A DNA stretch of 64,000 bases. Origin: Octopus bimaculoides. Lineage: Eukaryota. The notes under the pieces are model-generated. The model did not search any database and was not told the DNA's origin. It saw only the letters and a list, made by a program, of their open reading frames with translations. Positions within the stretch are counted from its first letter, which is position 1, and the number at the start of each line of letters is the position of its first letter. Positions 22,146 to 35,029 of this stretch are shown here, piece by piece. The translations under genes were made by a program, and so were the position numbers. The stretch lies in assembly GCF_001194135.2 (NCBI RefSeq), contig NC_068993.1, positions 28,052,038 through 28,116,037 of the forward strand. The letters run 5' to 3'.

Positions 22146-24085
22146 AGTTAAGAAGATGTGTCAGGGCACATCAAGTAACAGGAAGTGTTATATAATAGAG
22201 GATTAGATAGGGTGAGAGGGCAGGTAAGTTTCAAAGAGTGCAAAAAGTAAGTGGGAGAGAAGGGAAGGGAATACAGAGTATGATGAACATGAGTGGAAGG
22301 AGGGACTATTAGGAAGGTGAGTTGTAGGGAAGGGATTTGTTAGGGACAGATTGTGTGTAGTACAGGAGGCATAGACATAAACAACGGACTTCATTTTTAC
22401 TTAGCTGGACAGGTCTTCTTGGGCACTGAAAATTATCTACCATCTCAGTCCTTTGTCATCTCCTCAGTGAGGCTGAACAACTGAAGGTCATTTCTCACCA
22501 CTTCATTACATATCTTACTGGATCTTCCTCTTCCATGGACTCCATCCATATTTAGCAATCAGCACTTCTTTATACAGCTGTCCTCATCCATATGCATCAC
22601 ATGACCATACCAGCAGAGTCATCTCTCTTGCACACTACATATGATGTCTATTATGCCCAATTTTTCTCTCAACACATTCACATTTTGTTATACATGTATA
22701 CTGACATTGCACATCCAGTGGAGGATGCCATCTCCATTTCTTTCAAGCTTTTACATGTCCTCTACATTTACAACACGTATCTCATTACCATGTTTGTACA
22801 CAGGTATCATACGATCCGCCTTTCACTCTGAGGGATAGGCCCTTTGTTATCAACAAAGTTACAGCTCTCTGAACTTTGCCCAGTAAGTTCATATTTCAGA
22901 GCATCCACCTCCACTTGCTAATCTGGGTCACCTAGGTAACAAAAACTATTTACTACTTCTAAGGATCTTTCTGGGCATTGAAGGAAATCTGTTTCTTGTA
23001 TGTTCTTAGTGTTTATTGTTTCTGACTATCTGTTCACACACAAAGACTACTTTCTCTGTTACCCCTCTGTGATTCCATCGCATATCTTATATGTCCATAG
23101 CTTGCACGGGGTACACTGTATAGAATTTCTACCTATACCTTTTCTACATATTGAGCAGAGCCATTTCCTTGAAGGATTAGTAATTTATCTGCTTTCTTGC
23201 TTACTAGATCTTTGGTCCTTGTTAAGTCTTTCATCTACAGTCCTTTGATTCAAGGCTTTGCCTCTACATTTGAAATTTCTTCTCTAATTCTATTACAAAT
23301 TCAGCTATAAGAACAAGGTCATCAGTATAGAGGAGCTCATATAAGCAACCAGTCTACCAATCTTAAACACCTCTGTTATAGCCTGGAGGACTATGATAAG
23401 TAAGATGGGGCTGAGAACTGAGCCTTGGTGAACTACCTGCACGCTGAATTCATTGCTGACTTTCACCTTACAACATTCATGAATATGGCTTGAATGGTTT
23501 TCACCAACCATTCATGTACCCCTAGCTTTTGCAGTGATCACCAAGTGAGAAAGTGATAGACCTTGACAAATGTCAAAAAAGTACAGCAGTTTATTTTGGT
23601 TAAATACTTCTCCTGCAGTTGCCTTACCAGGAAGATAACATCAGTAGTACTTTTTCTTGGTACAAAACCAAACTGCATCTCATGAAGGTTAACTCTTTTC
23701 CTAATTATTTGAGCTATGACCCTTTCTGTAACTTTCATGATCTAATCCAACAATGTGATACCTCTGTAATTACTATCTAAGATATTTCCTTTAGCTTTGA
23801 AATAGTTGACTCTGACACTGCTACACCAGTCATTGAGCATGACCTCTTCCTAAATAACTACATGGGAGACTAGGCTGTACCCCATGCCACCAGATATTTT
23901 AAGCATCATCCTGGTGGTCATTTCTGATGGACTAGGAGCTTTTCCTGTCTTCATGACCTTAATTGCCTTATCTATGATACTGCTGTCAACTTGGATGGCT
24001 GGTCTCTCTGTTGGATCCACATCAGAAAGATTATCCTTCTCACAAGCATTCTCCACAAACAGCCTTTCATTGTGGCACTCTCATG
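21735..24085 (-). mobile_element. Degenerate RTE family A (RT region to 3'UTR) with a purine-rich microsatellite block at ~21900-22390
   Basis: KVTERVIAQIIRKRVNLHEMQFGFVP (23538-23738), VHQGSVLSPIL (23305-23511) and IKVMKTGKAPSPS (23850-24056). Confidence 0.8.
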
Positions 24086-24459
24086 CTTCTTATATATATA
24101 AATAACATATTTCTATACAGTTTCTATCAACGAAATTCACACAAAAGGTATATTAGTTGGCTTGGGTCTATAGTAGAAGACATTTGCCTAAGGTACTTCA
24201 CAGAGTCAACTTTTCAAAGGTTGTTTTATTCTGGAATTCACTAGAACATTTTTGTATTATTCAATCTTCTATTTCAAATATTGCTGTTGTTATTGTTTAA
24301 CTTTGAATGAGTGGACCAATGATTAAATGTATTCCATCATGAACATTTGTCTTATGTTTATTGAAGATTACATAGCTCAATCTTTGTTTTCCTGTTTTAA
24401 AATTAGTTCCAATCAAATGCTAGAGTTAATTAAATTATATTTCTCTTCCTTGTGCCTAT

Positions 24460-24660
24460 ACAGATAGTAGAGTGTCAGACAAAATGCTTTGCAATATTTC
24501 TTCTGGCTATTTACATTCTGAGTTCAAATCCTGCCATGGTCAACTTTGCTTTTCATCCTTTCAGGGTTGACAAAATAAAATACCAATCTAGAACTAAAGT
24601 CAATTTCATCAACAAACATTCTCTCCTCAGACTTGCTGGCCTTGAATTTAAATTAGATAC
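24460..24660 (+). mobile_element. Solo SINE family 2 copy
   Basis: ctgagttcaaatcctgccatggtcaactttgcttttcatcctttcagggttgacaaaataa matches the array units. Confidence 0.7.
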
Positions 24661-25859
24661 AATTGTTGCAATTGCTCAAGTTTCACTTGTAAAGGAAGGC
24701 AAGGGTGGAGAGGAAGGTTCTGTCCTTATTGAAAGGTGGTTGAAAATGATAAGAATGGATGGAACGACATAAAATATAAGTCTGGAGACTTGTCCTTGAT
24801 GTTCATGGAATTCTGGATGACAAATAAAGGAAATCATCATCATTATTATTAATATTTTGGTGTTCATGGACATGCCTATGGAATTTGGTTTATTACCAAG
24901 CTTTTACAGAATGAAATGTTTTCTTTTATTTTGTCAATGAAAGACATTGGAATATTTCAGTGGCCACCCCTATTACCATGGGTGAAAAAAAAAATTTTCT
25001 TGGACATCTTTATATTAAATCTTGCAGACAATCATTCATTTATTTCAGCATAGTTTTTTCTTCTGAGAAAGTGGTAAGAGATGCTAACTACAAAAATGAT
25101 AGCAGTGTACACACTTGCAAGAGCTCTGAGGAAAATTTTAAACATTGTGAAAACAAAACACAAATAAAAATACGTAAAAATAATTACAAGAAAGCAGATG
25201 CAATTATAAACAGAAGAAATATCAATTCTACAAGTGTACAAACATTTGTAAACACAGACTTTCATATAGCAACACATATAAATAACATGGACAAAAGAAA
25301 TTAACAATGGAGGAAGTAACTTTTCTAGCAACACCAGCCAGAAAGAATGAGCAAATTCTTTGAAAAAGGAGGAAGTGGGAATAATTCTGCCTCCTTGCTT
25401 GATTTTATTAAAAGAAGGGCAATGATGGTTCTGATGGCTCTCAAAGAACATAGAACAAACCCAGAGCTACACCACATGGTGGGTGCAGGGAGAAAGATAA
25501 CAAAGTCAGCTGTTGTTACATAAAGGCTATTTAGGGAATTTCTGCTCAGAAGTAGAAAAACAGAGAAAGAGAGAAAAGTGAGCATCAACAATCAACAGCA
25601 GCAACAACAATGAGTCCCAGAGATGACTGTTACCACGGCACAACAGAGTGCAACCTTGTAGATAATAAAAAAATTAGCTTGTTTCAGTGTCAGGAATCAA
25701 GTGGGAGGTGACTAGTGTTGTGGGATGTCTTGATCAATCCCAGGTGGCAGTTTCACAGGTATGCATGGGTGGCATTTTATGTGTGTGTGTGCGTTTGTTA
25801 TTTGAAATTTCGATATTTGTCTTGAAATAGCATTTCATAGATATGTATAAAGCTAAAAA

Positions 25860-26430
25860 TAACAAATGTATCAGTAGCAGATGAAAAGTGTCAAGCAGCA
25901 GTGGAGGAATTGCTAGATCACAGGAGTTCTGTGTATTTGCACATCATCAGTAGCAAGAATCCACTATCAATCATATGCTTAGACAAATTTCATGTCTACT
26001 GATATAGGAAAACAATTGTAAACAAATCACTTGTGTTGCAAATAGCTGATAGGCTGGACAAAAATTCGTTATTAGTGTTAGAAACAGTATTAGATTTGAA
26101 TAGCAATCTTTATATCTTGCTTAATATGAATATACTGTAAGAGAACCACAGTATTGTTGTATTTGTCTTGAGAAATTATCTCAAATAGATGTATAGTACT
26201 AAAAAGTACAGAGAAGTGTCCAACAGCAGCAGTGGAATAGCTAGATCCTGGAATTTCTATATATCTCTGTCATTAATAGTAAGTATCTACTGTCAACTAC
26301 ATGCAAAGACAAATTTTGTGACTACTGATATGAGAAATAGTGATTAACAAAGTACTGGTGTTGCAAACAGCTAGTGGGCTGGGTAAAAATTTATTAGCAA
26401 TAGAAGCAGTATTAGTCCCAAATAGTTTTG
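25860..26430. repeat. Diverged tandem duplication, period ~335 bp
   Basis: Colinear shared blocks aagtgtc..cagcagtgga..gctagatc..gacaaattt..tactgatat..gtgttgcaaa.agct..ggctgg..aaaaatt..agaa.cagtattag occur at ~25880-26095 and ~26215-26415. Confidence 0.7.
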
Positions 26431-27024
26431 ACCCAACCAAAATCAGATTTGAATTTTATCCTTGTTTTCAATAATGTAGTGGGAATGGAATTATATAGAA
26501 TCTGATTGTGTTCTTTCCAAGCCAAAAATGGTTTTATACCACTGGATATCATCTTGACCACCAGAAGACAGAAGTGAGTTCAGCTCTACAAATAAAATCT
26601 CTAACCAGGTTAGACATCAGTTCCTTTATTTGAGACACTAACACTATTTGGAAAGGAATGAATATCACAGCCTTAGTTGCCCACCTCAAATTCATCTCGA
26701 AAGTGTTTCTATTTATAAAAGTATTACAAGACTGGTAGGAGATGACTAGAAAACCCACTCCCACTGCTACTTAACATAACTGACTAGGCTGACTGTAACA
26801 CCATGGTTAAAGAAGACTAAAAGGTGATATTAACATAGGTGTGAGTATGTGCATTGCTGGGAGTTAACAGCAAGTAGGTCATTAATGTACAGGAAGAATG
26901 TGGAATATTAAACACCCACTGACTTAATTTGGAGTGAGTTATAACATCTGAAGATTTAAAACTTTGGAAATCTGGTGTCCTTATAGGGCAAAAACAAAAG
27001 GCAAACATTGTACAACAGCCACTC

Positions 27025-27027
<3 letters not shown>

Positions 27028-27114
<87 letters not shown>
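27028..27114. repeat. (GA)n microsatellite
   Basis: Read directly from the sequence. Confidence 0.95.
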
Positions 27115-27118
<4 letters not shown>

Positions 27119-27414
27119 CTCTTTTAATGGACTGCAGCCATGATGGGGCACCTCCATCGATAATTTTAGTCTGCCATAGACCCCAGTAACTGATGTTATA
27201 GAGAGAGATGCTCTCTATCAGTAGTTCTCAACATGACTCCTTACCAAAAAGGAGACCAAATATAACCACTGGTACACTTTGTGTGGAAAATTTTACAAAA
27301 GAAAGAAAATTATGTGAGAATTTAAAAAAGCATCTACAGTCTAGAATTATATTTTTTAAAAAATGCAGTGAACCACCACACTGCCATGCATCATTTGTAA
27401 AATGGCTCCTTTAA

Positions 27415-27790
27415 AAAGAACCAACTATGGACATGTCAAACTGATGGACCAAATGAAGAAAATAGTAGAGAAAACTTTACCACAAGTTATTAGGAAGAGA
27501 ATTAACTTAGATGAGATGTACTTCAGATTTTTGTCAAGATAGTGAACCATCAAATAACTTCTTCCCTCTGAGACAACTACTGAAACAGTTCTTAGCTAAA
27601 TGTTAGCTCCTAACCCTCATAGACTTGGAGATAGTGTGGTAGTTACTAAGAAAACTTGATGTAAATGAGTGGACCTATGCAAATCATGTAGTACAGATAT
27701 GCTGTCAACAACAAGGTAAGAGTTAGCAACAAATTTAATGAGAAATTTACAGTGCAGGACTTTAGGGTTCATTGAAAGGTTTTGGCTTTA
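27415..27790 (+). mobile_element. Old RTE family A RT fragment
   Basis: Degenerate KLMDQMKK..RKRINLDEM.F..LRQL..LRKLDVNEW translation. Confidence 0.55.
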
Positions 27791-29690
27791 GCACTATTTA
27801 CCTAAACACAAACACCTGGACATTTGTATAAAGACTTCATGTAACCAGGAGTTGCCTCATTAATTCCTAACTCTTGCAAATCCCTCCACAGCATGTCCCA
27901 TGGCATGTGGTGACATGCCTTTTTAAGGTTTACAAACAAGCGTACACCTCTTCGTAATATTCCCATGATTTCTTGAAGACCAGCCACAGTGTGAATATCT
28001 AACCAGACAGAAGCCACAATGTTCTTCAGCAAGCTTGGACTCCATGATTTCTCTACATCTCTTTTCCAGACACCTAGTGTAGACTTTATCAGGGAGATGA
28101 CTCAACAATCAGGACATACTCCCTTGTCTCCCTTTTTGAAAATTAGAATTATCTCTTCAGATTTCCATTGCTTTGGTATCTTTTCAGAGGTCCAAGCCAC
28201 CTGGCATACATGAGGCAGCCAGAGAATATCTTTTCTATTCAAAGATTTTAACATCTTATGTCAAATTTCATCATCTCCAGCAGCCTTGCTACAGTTGAGT
28301 GTTTAAATCACTCTATAATTTCAACCTCTGTGAAGTTAATTTTTGCCCCTAGATGCACCTTGTGACTACCAGATTTTATCATGGCTGGATTTAGAAGATT
28401 CATAAAGTATTCTTTCCACCTCCAAAGAATGCACTTCTCTGTTGAAAGAACCCCAGCCAAATTTTAGAAGGCAGGTGTAGAAGAGGGATTCTTGATACAA
28501 AGACAGCAGATGGCCTGCCACAATACTTCATTAGGCAATCTAAAGTCAGAATCTACCTTAACTCCAAAGTCATGCCATGACTCAGCTTTGGACGTTTTTA
28601 CTGTCCCTTCTGCAACATTTCACACCTCTGTGTACAATCTGTGCGTAAGGTGAGACTTATTTCCAAGCCAAGCTTAGGCTTGGATGGCATTTTGAACTTC
28701 CTGGTTAAATCAGAGGGTTCTTTTACCACCTTGTTTCACACCGAGCTGATTTAGCCCACAGCACTGTACAACCAAAGAAAAAACTCTCAAACAAAACAAT
28801 CTCCTCCCTGTAGGTTTTGGACTTTTGGCAGGGGTGTGTATTACTTTATCTTTTCAAAATTTTTATGAACTGTATTGTCATGTGCAGCCATAGTAGAAGT
28901 GGTATCACAATTAGTGTGTGTAGGATTGACTGGTTGCTATATGCAGACATGGTACTACTTGGTCCATCAGAAGGTGATCTGTGGCATGCACTAAATGGGC
29001 TCACTGCCAAGTACTGCAAGGCAAAGATAAGAATTAGTGTTGCAAAGACTGAGACATTGGTTTTCTGAAGAAAATTTTCCCAGTGCATTCTGCATGTCAG
29101 CAGAACATAACTGAGACAAGTGGAGAAGTATCTCAAGGACATATTCATGTCAGGAAGACTGAATTAAATGCTATAATTGCAGGCACTGGTACAGTAATGC
29201 ACCAATTTCAGTATTTGACCTTCAGAAGAGGAGAGGTTGGCAAAAAAGTCAAACTCAATTATCTTTCTCTGCCTAGCCTCACCTATGGTCATGAATGTTG
29301 GGTAAAGACTGAAAGAGTGAGATTGTGAATACAGACAGCTGAAGGTTCTTCAAAAGGATCTCTAGAGCAATGTTACTTAACAGTTTGCATAGCTTAGAGA
29401 TCAAGGAGCCTCTCCAGATCAAACCACTACTTCTCTAGTGCTATGGACATGTAATTAGAATGTCATAGGAAAGAATTGCAAGAAGGGTTCTTCAAACCAA
29501 GCCAACTGGCAAGAGACTTAGGAGTGGATCAAGAATGAGATGGTTGGATAATATCTATAGTCTCAGCTTGTCATGCTTGGAAATCCAGCAGGAAAAAGTT
29601 GGTTGTTTCCAATAGGACCCTCCAGTACCTAAGAACTCTATTCTCATGACCCTTCCAAGAATAGTGGGTGAAGATGGATGGGCGGATGGT
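27791..29690. mobile_element. RTE family B LINE with 5' inversion (27791-28773 minus; ~28794-29690 plus)
   Basis: The minus part gives LSHLPDKVYTRCLEKRCREIMESKL..FVNLKKA..MKSLYKCPGVCV. The plus part continues with GL.QGCVL..LLYADMV..ISVAKTE and ends in a ggatgg tail. Confidence 0.8.
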
Positions 29691-30854
29691 GGTATTTAGA
29701 GCTCAGTAGTATATTATTATTCTCCAGCCCTTAGCAGAAGAGTTTAAGACTTATCTGTGGAAACTTGTGTGTGTCAATGATTTAGTTCTCAAGGCAAAAT
29801 CTATGGAAGAATTAGTGAAGATATTCCTAACATGGAAACGAATGTTAGAATTGAGAGGGCAGGAATGCCTTATTGTCATCTGAGGTTAGGCCATGTTTAA
29901 TATGCAGGAATGAAATATGGTATACTCAATGTAAATTGTAGAAGGGCCACTTATTTTATGTGCGTCATCTCACCTAATTGGAATGGGGAGAGTTCCAGAT
30001 GTTTTTGTGGGGGAAGTCCATTGTGAGAGTTTAAGTTGCTTTCTATTCATGGCAAACATAATTTGTTTTGCATGAGATCAATACTACATCAATTGAGAGG
30101 ACGGAAGACAAACAGTTTAGAACAGAATTCTTCTTAGTACAGAGTCAGCTTAAGTTTTTTTACAGTGATGCTTCTGAAATGTTGCTCCAATTGACACACT
30201 GCTTCATATCATATTAGAGACTTATCACTGTTAACAAAGCCCCTAAGGCTCTATTTCCTGCCACATGAAGGCTTGTGATAAGAATAAATATTTAAACTCA
30301 GAACAAAGAATCAGAATGGAAACCACAAGGCATCTCATCCAATGTCCTAATAATTCCATCAAACCACCCATTGGAATTTGTCTTTATCAATCTTTCTGGA
30401 ATTTGAGCTCAGAGTACAAAGAGCTGCAACAAAACTGCAAGCATCCAGTATTAACCTTGATGAAACTGCCAATTTGGTTTCTGCTATAGAATTCAGTACA
30501 GTATCAAGTGATGAGAGTGAATATTCAGGGATGAGATCAGTTATTTAGGTGTTTTGGTTCAGACAAATAGTGTAAGGATCATATTACTCAAGAGAAAGTT
30601 GTCTCTAACCCAATACATAATGAACAGGTATATGATCAAAGATATATCATCCACAATATCTCATCTTTTGCATACTCATAGAGCTACTTAGTCCATGTCT
30701 CCTTTTAAGAGACACGTGCTCCTTTTTTAAGATGATATGATGTGATGAGGAAATTGACTACTATTTCTAGCAAGTCAAGTGTGAAGTTCCCTCATTGTTT
30801 AGTTTATATTTGTGTCAAAAGCCAGTATTACTCAATATTATACACTGAATTAAG

Positions 30855-31065
30855 TGGTAAGCTGGCAAAACCATTAGCACACCAGAAAAAATGCTTAGCA
30901 GCATTTCATCTGCCTTTATGCTCTGAGTTTAAATTCTACCTAGGTCAACTTTGCCTTTCTTCCTTTCGGTGTCAATAAAATAAGCACCAGTTGAGCACCG
31001 AGGTTGATGTAATTGACTTACTCCTTCTGAAATTGCTGGCCCTGTGTGAAAAATTTGAAACCAAT
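30855..31065 (+). mobile_element. Solo SINE family 2 copy
   Basis: ggtaagctggcaaaaccattagc..ctgagtttaaattc..tttcggtgtcaataaaataagcaccag. Confidence 0.7.
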
Positions 31066-31127
31066 ATGATACACTGAGTATGTTCTTTTGTTTACTTTAG
31101 TCCTCCTGGTTAACAGCCATGCTGGAG

Positions 31128-31130
<3 letters not shown>

Positions 31131-31190
<60 letters not shown>
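31131..31190. repeat. (TG)30 microsatellite
   Basis: Read directly from the sequence. Confidence 0.95.
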
Positions 31191-31193
<3 letters not shown>

Positions 31194-32229
31194 ATTTTTC
31201 CAGACTTTGTCTTTGGTAAATGAACTGTTATATATTTTCAATTTTCATTTAACATATATTTGTGTTCAAACTCCTTAATAAAAACACCAGAATTTCCTGA
31301 AATTATTCCAAATCAGTTTCACCCAAGAAAAAAGTCACCATGTCAGTGTTTCCTAACTATTTCATGACTCCTTGACCCCCAGCTTTTACAGGGTTTGTCT
31401 ACTCAATATTGGAATTGTATGGATGTCCTGTACTACCTTAGTGGACTCCTCTCCAGGAATTTCACAGACTCCTGGTTGGGAATCAGTGTCCTACATAGTC
31501 ATTCAACTTGCTAGAAACAGCAACCAAATCTCTTTCAAGTCATACCTTACCATCTTCAGAAAAAAAAAGAAATCATTGAATAATAGTCCTTTTGTAGTTG
31601 TGTAAGACTTCATTATCTAATGCAGCAGGGTGTAATTTGAAAGAAATCTGGCTGCTATTTCTACCAAGTTGAATGGCCACATAAATGCACTCATTCATTG
31701 GCTTGAATGTTGTTGTTGTTGTTGTTGTTTATGATGCCAAAGGAGATCAACTTGAATTTAGGTCAACACTGAAAAACAAAAATACTTTTAATTGATCTAT
31801 GTAGATCAACTTAAGCATAATTAGTTATTATGTAATAGCTACATAATTGCAATGTCAAAAACTTAACAATTATTACAGTTGTTGCATTGAGTCCCTAATC
31901 AAAGGACATAATTGTGCTTGTTCCTAGTTGACTAGATAGATGATAAATGTTTTGTTCCTTCTTCAGGGTTGAATGTGTTTAATAGTAAGGAAAGACAGGA
32001 AACTAAGTGAGTCATGAGACTCCATCTCACCACAATATCATAAAACTGAATATAAAACTTTAAACATTATATACACACCATATTTATTTGTCTAATATGC
32101 ACTGTTTTCCAAATTTTTAAACTTAGACATTAGGGGTATGCATCATATTAAGAATATGAACATGACAACTAAATGCTGCTCATATCTTAAAATATGCTTT
32201 ACAAAAATATAAAAATTCTTTACACAGTT

Positions 32230-32450
32230 TATCTATCTATATATATAAAAGTTTGTGTGTGTGTGTACATATGTTCTTTATGGATTTTAAAACTGAGTTG
32301 CCGATTTTGACATATGAGGTATCAAAAGATTCAGAACTCATTTTTACTACAAAAATAACCTCAAAAACGAGGTCAGGGTGCACAATTTTGAGGTCTTTAG
32401 CTGAGGGAAGCAACTCTGCCTGAACAATCTTTATGTCTTAGATAGTGCAT
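32230..32450 (+). mobile_element. Possible Helitron-like non-autonomous 5' end
   Basis: tctatatatataaaag + (TG)n + aaaactgagttgccgattttgac resembles animal non-autonomous Helitron 5' ends. No 3' hairpin or CTRR was identified. Confidence 0.3.
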
Positions 32451-33519
32451 AATGAGAAAATGTTTAAAATAGATGGAGCTTTACCAGGGAATGAAACTTT
32501 GAAAGTATACTGTCAACTTTATTAGTATTATTTAGTAGATAATCTTTTAAAGAGAAGTATGTTTGTGTTTTGTTTAGCTCAGATTTGCCTCTAACGTAGC
32601 AGACCCAATGCATAGTATTTCTTGTCTTCCTGAAATATTGTAAATTTGTGTCTTTCTTTTGATGAAAGGGTGTGTTTTAAGCTGCTATTTGTAGTTGATC
32701 AAGTCACCACAGACACCTTCGTGTGTGTGTGTGTGTGTTTTGCTGTGGTGAAAACAATACTTTTCCTCAGAATATTTTGCAAAATAATTTTTAAAGAAAT
32801 CTGGACGTCTTTCTTATTGCTAACCATTTAACCTCAAATTACAATTGCTAATTGTTGGAAGTCAAGTCGACTGAGATGTACATATAGTGTTATCATATAG
32901 AGTGGAAGTTCAATACGAAGTTTTGATCTCATTATGTTGTGGTTAGTAATCCATTACCTTAAATTTGAAGCCACTATGTCTTTAAATATTATTTTACTGG
33001 GCTTAGTCTTTCGACTGTTGCTATGATGGAGTATCACCTTCAAAAATTTAATTGATCACACTGACCTCAGTATGTATTTCAATCTAGCATTTATTTTACA
33101 AATTTCTGCTTGATGAACTGCTAACTTTCAGACATAGTGGGACACAATACTCGATCTAACAACAAATGTAAACACACACACACACACATATTAGGTGAAA
33201 GAGTGACTGTGTGGTTGAGAAGTTTGCTTCCCAATCACATGGTTCCACATCCAGTCCCTCTGCATGGTATCTTGGGCAAGTGTTTTCTACTATAGCCCTA
33301 GGCCAACCACAAACTTGTGACTGAATTTGGCAGTGTTGTTCATCAGAAAATAACTGAAAAACATGTTTATAAAGAAGAGTTGCTTGCTTCATACTCCTCG
33401 TGTACCAATTCTGCTCATAAGAAAGGAACAAATAATACAATGTGGCTGTTGGTCATAATGACTATGCAATGCTGGGGTGCACTGCTTCTATATTATATAA
33501 CAAAAAAGAAATTACATAC

Positions 33520-34760
33520 TTTTTCAATATATAATGCTGTGATGCACTTGGACACATTATCAGGGATGTTTCCTGGGATCATTAGATATTTCAACATCAG
33601 GCATTCTCACCCAGATGACCCAGCTGAGGTTGACCAAGACCGAGCTGAAGCAGCTTCTACTACCTTCACAGCCAACTGATGACCTACCTATTGATCCCTA
33701 TAGTGTCAAACATACTGTAAACTCTGTAGAGGGACTGGTCTGCAAATCCTCTACATCCCACTTCAATGGGATTACACCTTGCTTGCCAGCCATTGCTTTG
33801 GCATAATTCCACTGACTCAGCATATATTTTCCTCTTGCTCTTGTTAGCCACCTCAATGCAGTCTTCCAAGGGAATGAATAGTTCCGACAGAACTACCTGT
33901 TTGAATGTTTCTGACATCAGTACCATATCCAGTCTAGTGATGTTGAGGTCACAATTTCTGGGAACTTCAGTGGCTTTCCATGGTCAACTTACAGCTTCCA
34001 GTCATTTGCTGTTGCAAACAGATCTGAAAAGTCAGACCTAGCAGTGCACATCTTCTACTTGCTAACCTTGACAAAGGTGATCAACTTCATTGAGCAGAGA
34101 TACTTGCAATGACTAATCACACCTTGTATAATGCCTGTTATGACCCTCTAAACCTGGTCACACTTCCAACAGTAGCATCCCTATCCTAAGGCTTTTATAC
34201 AGCTACTGAATATATGCTTTGGGGTTCCCCTCCACAGTCACAGGGAGCAAGATAGTGATTCCAACTTCTCCAGCAGAACTAGTTGGACAGGCTTGGTAGG
34301 TCATTATAAACATTCTGAATTAGAAATTTTAACCAGTGAGGCTCCACCTGATCCCTCCTTAACCAGGCTCCCTAACACTTCATCCCAACACACTTGCTGG
34401 CTTGTTCCACCTCAGTCAAACCATGTACCTCATTCCAGATCAGAAGCCATCTGTCCTTTCTTAGCAACTTGTTATAATGAGGTCTTGACGTACTGACCAG
34501 GCCGGCTCTTCCATGAGACACAACACTCACATGCGATTTGTGTCTTAGCTGCGACTCTGCAAATTTGACAACCTCCACTGCTCTCCATTTTTGTCCTCTG
34601 TTGACATCAATATCAACCAAGGAGACTAAGGTTGCAGGAGTTTTGGTATTGCAACACCCCCTACCCCTATCACAGGTCACTATAAATTCTTCTCTCAGGC
34701 AGCCAATGGGAAACTTCAACTTATTCTTTCCACATAGGAATGGAGTAATTTTAAGTGTTT
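33520..34760 (-). mobile_element. RLE-endonuclease non-LTR retrotransposon 3' part (HERO-like)
   Basis: KWRAVEVVKFAESQLRH..HGRAGL (34372-34719), a CCHC remnant, and DMVLMSETFKQVVLSEL.IP..KSKRKIY..CQSNGWQARCNPIEVGCRGF (33684-33926), which is a PD..(D/E)xK-type endonuclease context. Confidence 0.72.
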
Positions 34761-35029
34761 TATTTTCATTCTCTGATAATTTTAAAATGCTATTTCATTT
34801 TTTTTTTATCTGATCACAAAAGCGATTTTGCTGAGTTTTAGAATTACCACCTAACTTATTTAACATTTTATCGTTATTGTTTTGAAAGAGAGAGCATGAG
34901 AAAGTGAGAGACAGGAAGGACAAAGGAAGAGCAAGTGAAAGGGAGGGAAAGAAAGATATATATAAGAGAAGTTAGGCATAAGAGGAATTATATATATATA
35001 ATTCTTGGGGTTAAAAAAATTGCAGTAAA

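Noticed and set aside
24960-25660. Short N/K/S-rich ORFs in unique-looking DNA
   Set aside because: No domain, frequent stops in all frames, and no convincing splice-site pair.
27795-29700. tattta as TSD of the inverted RTE
   Set aside because: The left copy lies inside sequence that aligns to the inverted segment itself, and a 6-mer is expected by chance in AT-rich DNA.
31344-31488. hAT-like MITE (cagtgtttcctaac..ggttgggaatcagtg)
   Set aside because: The TIRs are imperfect and there is no 8-bp TSD, so it is too weak to list.
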